A program made the position numbers and the translations under genes. Source: Patellaria atrata CBS 101060 (lineage: Eukaryota). From it: a stretch of DNA of 64,000 bases. Where the stretch lies: the NCBI GenBank assembly GCA_010093705.1, contig MU006097.1:445905-509904 (forward strand), in the 5' to 3' direction. Under the pieces are notes generated by a model. That model had not been told where the DNA came from and made no database searches. It saw only the letters and a program-made list of their open reading frames with translations. This document shows, piece by piece, positions 10,701-22,209 of the stretch (position 1 is its first letter; every line of letters starts with the position of its first letter).

Positions 10701-11662
10701 TCAGCGATGGTTTTACCTCCATAGAAAGAATCTATGCATTGGTATCTACAAAGTTGGGGAGTATGGGCTCAAGTTGTATGGTCTGTGGAGCGAGCGGAGT
10801 CAAACTCTTCCGATCAACAGTATGCACAAACACAACTTGCATACAGACAGCCCTACGTATGGATATTGATATACGGTTGGTCGATCTCAGGAATGACCCT
10901 GCGGTTGTTGATCTTCTAGTGCTGGTCGAATATACAGTAGCAAAATTAGGGACACTGAAACTACTACCAGGGCTTCCCACCAAATTCCCAGCCAACATCA
11001 TAAGTACCATTGACAGTCTACCACCAATGGCCTACTTACAACGTTTATCTAGCTTTGGTCTTGCCACCACACTCTCTTCTCACCATAGGAACGCGGACGC
11101 TGCTTTGACATGGCTCTGCAACACATATCGCGGTTACATTGTTTCCGCAACTGGGAAATTCAGGATTCCAAACATACCACATGCTCACCAATTTCTGCTC
11201 GCTAGCGCCACACCCGAACTTGAGAGTGCGTGGATGGCAAACTATATCGAAGAGGACAAAACGTCTCGCGTGCTCTTCCATGGTACTTCCATAGATCGTC
11301 TCTACGCAATACTCTGTCAGGGACTCCGCGTCTGCAGTGGGACCGAGCTCCAACGCAACGGTGCTGCGTATGGTAAGGGAGTCTATATGGCCGAGGAGCC
11401 AAGCACATCATGGCCATATGCTAGACTCTCAACTCACAGTTGGAAAAATAGCATTTTCAAGAGTGTGAGGGTGCTTCTGGGGTGTGAGTTGGCGGGGGAA
11501 AGCGTACCTAAAGCTGGGAATATTCATATGATTGAGGATGCGAGTAGGTTGATGGTGAGATATATATTTGTGATGCCGGAGGAGACAAGAGCGCCGTTGG
11601 CAAGCCATTTGACCACGGCGATGATGAGTGTGTTTAATTCGTTGAGGAGTGGAGCCGTGTGA
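7718..11662 (+). CDS. Intronless 1314-aa PARP-family ADP-ribosyltransferase (PARP6/8-like, probably mono-ART)
   Basis: C-terminal LFHGT...ILCQGL...NGAAYGKGVYMA...SWPYA...GCELAG...NIHMI...MVRYIFV. It is preceded by the Cys cluster CMVC-x12-C-x4-C and ~1000 aa of Leu-rich, probably helical sequence. The exact start ATG is uncertain. Confidence 0.88.
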   Translation: MLSAAKSMGLLPDMKKRGLFSRKTSSNVWHKKVEMATNCHKPILNVDLAKNPEFPWTTVQEITETYLSRKKETSSSEKRDAKLLKLMLKHGNREVALAACAHLVSPETLLTFIKGNIHMSPYQAPAYVRLIAVASYTNPLAVDQMELSRARSLNKVLSAPSLWDILPLLETEVVASSLLHPQIVFYVQRIFSTFALELETLVSKGQWYDVHNINSNWLRIVYQNQINNYASTLRADVLLNIALPSWKKYSEWKPNVQRLHNWTKFSADQRALFKDVLALEGPDILEGVQPTLRAALVARQQRSNQPGLRHGGLYLELSSGAQTGLEKLSERLCKFMDDVSTQSKYSMALLGHYLKNGFDLNAITLLEGVLKIGDNWITARVVEFIKSTNRESNQDIERTIRVVLALGHPKARDLQQPMSPQIIPIVSGHMERLERELMPGIMAQYAVEEAERNLYAFGCRVRLVAWMIPLLDESWQVLFRNWPLAETLERTQTLRKDLARMQTDDATRIVGLVNRYCRSKLIRRLPTHPKHTLIIEALLDLWRSTQDTERRSLAVFLAYTSRFAVDACCACIKSLEMPDNNFITQTDRLLGQHDITICLGLASLLAERSNSSSISAWKDFLLHIIDDFKGDLLTYTLEKSGVSTWFQFLDDIDQAFRDTIRLDTEDSLTTILDPALHLWNIELLSYRSILICIEGFDHSKSALYCFLTGFNNPQRGDLVAILELLRINSDAGILPSLVTVVTFLTTNGHNAQVVSEALSAMFFTRQVCLREAIEVIDLYRNYSKIFARLRLFNLLLDTERVSTETHMLEQIGKLLSIQQEDDTELTEEELTAVIADITDQFDAILVEAERLDSLRISCQNLDSSSTSEMLKTLGIKIPSALEDSLGSLRYHSWNVMDQISEHEVDLYFPLTELTPFQRTAMGMGESKSLILRITLNSMNLPTKYCIHSENGSDSSLGSHSQWRVGGYMIPEAPYCEQVKLTRATYQLYRDIWRYLSDGFTSIERIYALVSTKLGSMGSSCMVCGASGVKLFRSTVCTNTTCIQTALRMDIDIRLVDLRNDPAVVDLLVLVEYTVAKLGTLKLLPGLPTKFPANIISTIDSLPPMAYLQRLSSFGLATTLSSHHRNADAALTWLCNTYRGYIVSATGKFRIPNIPHAHQFLLASATPELESAWMANYIEEDKTSRVLFHGTSIDRLYAILCQGLRVCSGTELQRNGAAYGKGVYMAEEPSTSWPYARLSTHSWKNSIFKSVRVLLGCELAGESVPKAGNIHMIEDASRLMVRYIFVMPEETRAPLASHLTTAMMSVFNSLRSGAV

Positions 11663-12478
11663 TGGGGGAAGGGGGAAGGGGGAACGAAAGCGAAAGGGAT
11701 ATCTCGTCATAGAGAAAGTGTGAACAACTACTTGAAAGATATGTTGGACTTGTGTGAATATGGGAAATTTTGGGCTGATATTAACTATTTCAGCTGTTTT
11801 CAAGTTTTTTCTTTTTACCATACGTTGAAGATATTTGCGTAGTGGAAATGCTTTTTGCAACCCAGAGACAATAGTGAAATGAAATACTCCTCATAGATGA
11901 TTTATTCTATATATTAAAACAGTTGAATTACAGAGTACAACCCACTTTGCTCTGAAGGAAAGCAGGGTCAATTACAATGGCATACTGTTCTTACTGCTGA
12001 ACGTTTCGATACTATATCATTGATAATATCATTCATAAACCTTCAATGTTTGGTGGTTTCATGTATAGGGGATATTTCAACACGGTGTCTTAAAATTGGT
12101 GTAATCAAGTGAATCATTGTTAAGGAAATCTCCGGACTTCGATTTGGTTCCATCACACACGTATCCAGGCTGCAGTGGCGGCGTGTACAGTACAAAAATA
12201 CGGGGGCCTTGAAGTGTGTCGGTGGAACATCGGTTTGCGGAGCACTAGGTCATCTTCTCTCAGTCGACTTCGCGACTTCTATCAAATTCAACTCAAGCTT
12301 CTATTCCTTCCCTTTAGAAACTCTCCTCCACATCCTCCACTCTCGCTTCTGCATCCTCTCGCATCAACTTGCGAGCGTGGAGATCAAAAGCTCTTCTTCA
12401 GCGGCTACGAATCGACCGTAGAAGGATTTCAAACACAACTCAACCGCTCTCACATTCTCCGAAGCTCACTTTGCAATC

Positions 12479-15190
<2,712 letters not shown>

Positions 15191-15816
15191 GGATTCTTGG
15201 TATTATATGGGGTCTCTGGTACAGGTATCATGTTCACATTTCCATTCTTCAATGGTGAATGGGGTTAGGCTTCAGATAGACAGATATCCGTGTTCTTCCA
15301 GTGCGTGTTATCTAAACACTGCGTCAACACCTACTTTGGGACGACTTTGGAGGGCGGCTACGTTAATGCACGATGAGGAAATGTTGGGTTGATATGCGGA
15401 GAAGGGGACAAGGTCTCATGGTTTAATAACTATGATCCGGGCGTGAAATGGGCTTAGAATGTGTAGAGAATTAAATTACAGTATTCAATGAGAAATAAAC
15501 GCCAAAGTTATTCGAGAGTCTAATAAGCTATATATGATGCTGGTGATGGGAGTTCTGACCATCGAGATGTAGATTTTATTCCTTGCCAAGACAACTGTCA
15601 AGGTGTCGAAACAAATATGCGATTGATTCTGGCTATTAAACTACCCTCTACTCTTTGAGGTGCCTTCTAATCACAAACACCGCTTTTCGCAAACCCTCTA
15701 TCTTCAATCTCTTGCAAAATCCGATGTGTTTCTTAAGCTTGCTAACTTTCCACCGTGCGACTTCCCTTCAACATCGCTCCCGCTGGCCCACCTGATACAA
15801 ACATCTTCACCTTACA

Positions 15817-18105
15817 ATGATTCCAAACGAGAGGCTCGTTTTCTCTCATAAATATCATGAAACCCCACAAGAATCGTTTTCGCTAGGTGCTGCGCTGGCA
15901 GGTCTGCTAATTACGTTATACACTGGTTACTACGTTGCCACATATCTGAATTTCCCTTTTAAGCTTTTGCGAGAATACTTTTGGAACTGTGTGGTATACA
16001 TCATACCCGCACGCCTCATATTTTCCATGGATAACTCTGGACCCCGCCAAGATGACTCTGAGTATGCGCAAAGGAGGTATACAGCCAAGAGTGACGGTCT
16101 CAAACGGATCTTTGGCTTAAAGGGAAATATCATGAAGGGAATGCAAGGTGATAACACTCTGAGAGGTATCGGTATGCTATTGAAAGGAACAAAACCAAAT
16201 ACCCCACCGGGTTTAGGGAACTACGATAACTCCTGCTACCAGAATAGCGTCATACAGGTATGAGTTATGTCTTGAGCTCCAGCTACACAGATCTAACATC
16301 ATCTTCAGGGTCTAGCAGCTCTACCTTCCATGAAAGCGTTTCTATCGGCTATAACAATACAGTTCCCTAACCTGCTTGCGGATTCCACAAATGGAGCGCT
16401 TTACGATACAATAAACAAGCTTAACGATCCTACGAACCATGGACAAAGGCTCTGGACACCATCGAAGCTTAAGAGCATGAGTAGTTGGATGCAACAGGAT
16501 GCCCAAGAATATTTTTCCAAGCTACTTGATGATGTGGATAAAGAGATAATACGATCTGCAAGCTCCATAAATCGTAGGTCTGGTATTGAAGCGGTAAGCA
16601 AAGAGCGTGGGTTAGCACCAAATGATGAGAAGATTTCAGCGAAAGGCATGGACAGAGACCTGCTACAAAACCCGTTAGATGGATTACTTGCGCAACGTGT
16701 CGGATGTACTAGATGCGGCTATTCAGAAGGTCTATCGATGATTCCATTCAACTGCCTTACCGTTCCGCTCGGAAGAGACTATCTATATGATATCAGAGAT
16801 TGTCTTGTCGAGTATACGGATTTAGAGCTTATTGAAGGCGTGGAATGCGTTAAGTGTACGTTGCTTAAAACCGAGGAGAGCCTGGATCGTCTGCTAAGCA
16901 ATGCGACGTCTGAAAATCTTCGTAACTCGGTACAGAATCGGTTGAAAACAGTCCGGGAAGCTTTGGATGAGGAAGACTTCGCAGACAATACACTTGTGAA
17001 GAATTGCCAAATTCCGAAGAAGAACTGGATATCAAGCCAGAAGTCGAGACAAGCTGTAGTGGCGCGACCACCAAAGTCTCTTGTGATTCATGTCAATCGA
17101 AGTGTGTTTGATGAATATACCGGAGCTCAAATGAAGAATAATGCACAAGTTCAATTTCCCAAAACCCTTGATATGCGGCCATGGTGTCTAGGAAAGGATC
17201 TCCAGTCTACAGAGAAGAAGAATGTAGAAGGATGGTCAATGGATCCAACAGAATCTATGTTACCTAGCGACGAGAGTCTTGATGGGTTATCGAAAGTACC
17301 ATACGAGCTACGAGCTGTTGTTACACACTTTGGGAGACACGAAAATGGCCATTATGTGTGCTACAGGAAACATCCTCTCACAACAATTGAGCTAAAAGAA
17401 TCAGATTTAGGCGACGAAGGACTAGAAAAAAAGTCCAAGGAGCCCTATCAGACGGAGCGATGGTGGAGGTTAAGTGATGATGATGTCTCTCCTGTAACTG
17501 AACAGGATGTGCTTGCGAGAGGCAACGTCTTCATGCTGTTCTACGAGCAAATTCCTTTACTTACAAAACCCACCGAAGCCGAAACCGAAACTGCTCAATT
17601 ACCGAATGATGATCTTGTCTCCAGCTCGGAAGCCGCCGCATCAGTTCCGGAAATTAGTACTGATCAAGTGGAAATATTCTCTGATGAATCCGAACAAGAC
17701 ACTGGAGATAGCGAGAGCGAACTTGGGGATATGGTTCCAGACCTTCAAACCCCAAGTAGTGCCATCGGTTCCGGTAGTATTCGTGAGATCCTACCGGACT
17801 TAGAGGACGCAGCGTCCGTGGCTTTACCGATTTATGATGATGATTCCCGCTTAGAGGACGCAGCATCAGTTGCTTTACCGACTGATGATGATGATTCTGA
17901 GTCAGAGGACGCAGCGTCCGTTGCTTTACCGACCGATGATGAGGATTCCGACTTAGAGATTCCTCAAACACCCCAGCGCAAGCCTACTCCACCTACAGCT
18001 CCCTCGATTCCTCCTTCCGTGACGAGACAGGTCCGTATGCGGACGAGCAATGACTTCCATAAAGATGATTCTTTCTCGTCACTACCTATGGTTGCGGCAA
18101 CCTAA
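15817..18105 (+). CDS. Ubiquitin-specific protease (USP, Ubp1/USP30-like) with N-terminal hydrophobic segment
   Basis: Cys box GLGNYDNSCYQNSVIQ|GL (intron 16258-16308), QQDAQEY, His box YELRAVVTHFGRHENGHYVCYR and WWRLSDD. Confidence 0.92.
17797..17958 (+). repeat. 51-bp coding tandem repeat, three copies (EDAASVALP.DDDDS..) in the USP tail
   Basis: GAGGACGCAGC(G/A)TC units start at 17803, 17854 and 17905. Confidence 0.9.
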
Positions 18106-18557
18106 TAGGTCATCTAGGCGTTTATGGGCTTGGAGGTTATGCTGGTATCCAGCTGTCTTACTATCTTTATGGTATGTGATGGAATACTGGAATGTTATTG
18201 CTGGGTGGTGAGAGCCGCATCACTGATTTTGATATTGGCGGCATTTTTAGGTGTTTTGGATAAGTGGCGCATTGGGAAGCCCATGATTCCTCTAGGGAAG
18301 CTTTTGTTAATAATCCTTAAATCAATTCACGAAATCCAATTAATCCCTACCTGCTAATATTGATACGCTGAGATTAAATTATGCCTTGTCCCATAAAAAT
18401 ACGATTGATATCTGTTTGCTAATCTCCGTGAACTTATATTCTAAACCCCCCCGCCATAGCTCCATGATAGCTTCAACCTCAACCCAACCCAGAACCACAA
18501 AAACACACAAAATTACAACAACTATCCCAAATTCCCAGGACCAGCTCACCCACTACA

Positions 18558-19495
18558 ATGGCCACTCCTCACTCACTACATCATGAGGGACCCCAAAAAC
18601 CGCCACCTTCCACCACCCTTCCCCTCCGTCAGCACCCACAACAACAACCGCAACCCACCCAGCAAACCGTACAGGCGCTCCCCGTCCAGCCTGCCACCGG
18701 CCTGCGCTACCCCTCCAGCAAAAAGACCATATACGACCGAAATATCAACAGGAGCAAGACGGCGGAGCTGAGCAGAGCCGCGTTCGCGTACCTCTTCATC
18801 GAGATGATCGGGTACGCGCAACGGAGGGTGAAGGGTGTTGCGGATTTGGAAAAACGGTGTGTAGACTGTGTAGACCCATCTATCCCTCAAAAAAAAAAAA
18901 CCCTAAATTCCAAAGAAGAAATACAGCTTGGTTACCATTCCCGCGATATCATATTCACCCTCCCTATTCTCTTTTTTTTTTTTCTGTTGGGGGGGGGGGG
19001 AGGCAGAGGGGGTTTGATAACTAACGTTTCCCCCCCAACAGACTCAACGAAGCAGGCCAACCGCTCGGTCACCGCCTCCTCCCACTCCTCCTCCACCGCC
19101 TCCCTTCCCCCCCACCGCGCCCAACCCGGATCCTGCCCCTGCTCCAATTCATCACAACAACACTCTGGCGGCACCTCTTCGGCCGACCAGCAGACACGCT
19201 CGAGCGCTCCGCCGCCAACGCCGCAGAGTACATGATCAGCGACAACGAACCCCTCGTCAGCCAGTACATATCCGTACCGCGGGAGATGGGGAATTTCAAC
19301 GCTGGGGCCTTCGTGGCGGGGGTCATTGAGGGCGTTTGTGTGGGTGCGGGGTTTGAGGTCGAGGGGGTTACGGCGCACGGGGTCGCGGAGCAGGGGGGAG
19401 GGGAAGGGGGGATGTGGCCGGGGAAAACGGTGTTTTTGATTAGATTTTGTGCGGGGGTTTTGGAGAGGGAGGAGGGGCTTGGGAAGGGGATGTAG
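18558..19495 (+). CDS. trs31: TRAPP complex subunit Trs31 (TRAPPC5)
   Basis: Exons 18558-18856 and 19042-19495. KTIYDRNINRSKTAELSRAAFAYLFIEMI...LEKRLNEAG...YMISDNEPLVSQYISVPREM..FNAGAFVAGVIEGV...KTVFLIRF. Confidence 0.92.
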
Positions 19496-20328
19496 GGGGG
19501 CCGGGGAGGGCGAAGGGGGGTGGGGGATAGAGGCATGGGAGGGAGTTTTGTGCATTTTGGGGCGTTGGGAGTATGATATAAGAGCGTGGTATAGTCGGGT
19601 TGGGCGAGGGGTAGAATGGGGATTTTGTCATTTCCGATGTGTTTTTAACCACGCGTCTACCGATCGATAGGAGCAAGGGAATATTTGCAGTGCCAGCGAG
19701 TTATGAGGAGTCTCACGTCCCAGTATAGACCTGATAGAACTACATATCACGACCTCATACCCCAACCCCATTCGAACGTACGTATGGACAGAATCACCAT
19801 CTCGCCAACCGAACCTCAAAACTAGAAAGACGCGCAACCACTTACAGTAGTTTTATGGGTTGCAGGAAACACCCCCGTTCCCTTGACTCCCCCCTCTCTA
19901 TGAAAATAGCGTACTTAAGCAACTAAACACAGTTTTACCTGGAAAATTCTCCTTCCCTGCTTAGTAGCTATATAGTCCTGGCTTGGACATGGGTGGGCTG
20001 GAGGAGTTCTGATATTTGTGGGTTTGGGGGTCGGGTGTTCGGGTTGAGTAACGGGTTCACGGGGCTGAGTGAAGTGATTGAGGTGACGAGCTTTTTACTT
20101 GTGAGATTTTGGCGCAGGGGGGTTGATGTTGTCTGTACAAAAGCCCAGAGACTCAGTATCATATCAGTAGAGATTGAAAGAAAATTATAGCCAAGTGAAG
20201 TTTTGGAGATTGATCTATTTCGTTAGACGGAATCGTTGACTGCGTATCTAGAGGAAGCTACCACCGTAACACCGTGTGGATTCTCCCATATTCGGGGCAA
20301 AGTGAGTTGGATATCTTGAGCTGTCGAG

Positions 20329-20979
20329 CTACATCTTCGACACCCGTGTGGAAACCCAAAAATTATCATAGATCTCTATGATACTACCGTAAAGTTCCTT
20401 TTCTTTGTTAAAACCTCTCCCCTCCACTAAGAGCAAAACTGCCCGGCCCAGCTCCCACATTACGGCTTCGAATGAAGGATGGCGAGGATCTCCGATCTGA
20501 TCGACAGCCGGTCGAATCATATTAAATCGCACCCCGTGCGCGTTTATGAACGTTGGTGCTAGTGTCTGCGCAAAGTCGAGGATCCATCGTTGAGCCTCAT
20601 TCTACTGTGGACAATCTTTTGGAACCTCAATTCCGAAACCACCGTGCGCAACCAGAAAATTCCTACTACCCTCCGACGTGTCGGATGAGAGGCAGAAGTA
20701 ATGTTTGGCCAGCTGAGCGGTCCATTTGAAAACATTCAAGTCCATGTGTACCTTCAGGTTACGTGTGATGTCATCTGCATTGGGTTTGTCGCAACTTGAA
20801 CGGGATTCTTCGGAAGTGGAGCAGCCGGAAACACTTATAAGGCCTGTATTGACTAGGACGAGATCGATACATCCTGTTTCATGGAAAACTTCCCGGAAAG
20901 AATAAGAGAGAGAATCGAAAGATATCGGGCATTTAGCGTGGGAACCGGGAGATTTGGGTTTCATATATTTATTATCCAC
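20329..20979 (-). pseudogene. Degenerate short-chain dehydrogenase/reductase-like relic
   Basis: ORFs 20979-20602 and 20601-20329 share a frame and are separated by one TAG. Eroded SDR-like segments FREVFHETGCIDLVLVNTGL and HGVRFNMIRP are present, but there is no intact TGxxxGxG or YxxxK. Confidence 0.5.
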
Positions 20980-22209
20980 GCGGTATAATGAGCTGTATCC
21001 ATCTATATCGTAAGGGGCTTCTGGACCTATAAGGAGTGCATGTACGTCCCAGCTTTCGCCAGATTCGGCAATGGCAGCGGTGACGGTGTTGCAGACGGTA
21101 GATGCTAAGCCGAGTTAGATGACATAGGAGAAGAATTAGGGACTGGAAATACGCACTGGCGACGATGACAGCAACCTCAGTCACCATAGTGATGAGCGTC
21201 CCTTCGAGTTGTTGTAATTTGCAGCTTGACGTGGATGAAGTTCTTAAGTTCAGAGTAAGAACAAACCCAGAATATAAGACCCGGTAAATTAATTGTGCAC
21301 TAGGGCGTTTGATGTAACAGCCTTTTTGCATGTGATTGAAGTAGGTCGCGAATATATGTGGACAGTGTGCTAATTACGTAGGATGACCTGAAAGCCACCT
21401 TAATCCGGATAGTGGACAAACGGGAACGGTATAAGAGGGAACGATATAAAAGTGCAAACAAGAGAAGAAATAAAACAGCCCCACATAACGAAATGAACAT
21501 TTTTCGTCAAATGTATCTCAAACGGCCTTCGACATACACTAAGTTTGAAACGGCTATATTCATAGCGATGAACAACGAGGAAGCATGTAACCGATCAAAG
21601 TAGGAGTGAAAATATCACATTGAGAAGACGAATGCGTATGTATAATCGATCATGGAACGAGCGGAATTGCTGTCAAGGACACAAAGATACCGAAAGATCA
21701 AAAAGACGTTTATGCAATCGACTAGTAGAACGAGAACCATACGGTTCCCCTACGTATCCACCTAGGATTTTGTACTGTTTCCCAATCTGCCACTTCCTTT
21801 ATCAAGGCTCAAGATGTACTATACAACCATCCACATACTCTCAATCTCTTCCCTTCACCTGCTCAACTCAAATCGCGGACATCTACATTTTGCCTAACCC
21901 TCGCGAGTTCCTCGCCTTCCACTACTCCCCAGGACAAAAGAAACTTAAAGACGGAAAGGAAAGGAGGCAAAGTATGCTCATGCGACTCATAGTCCACTGC
22001 AGACCGCAAAAAAAAAAAAAAGAAAGAAAAGAAAAAAAAGGACACGCAAGAAAGCAAGGACAAAAAAGTAGAGAAAAAGAAAAGAACTTGCGCAGCGGTG
22101 AGATCCAAAACTGGGACCGGGTATCAAACAGCTCCAACCACCTCCCCCGCGTACTACAAAAACCAAAGAATCCAAAAGGTTATACAGCCAATCTCCCCTA
22201 CTTTTGAAT

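Noticed and set aside
18889..19000. A, T and G homopolymer runs in trs31 suggesting frameshifting
   Set aside because: They lie inside a canonical GT-AG intron (18857-19041) whose removal restores the frame.
21620..22207. 195-aa Lys-rich + strand ORF
   Set aside because: It is non-ATG and derives from an A-rich tract that is the U-rich 3' region of the opposite-strand gene; no motif.
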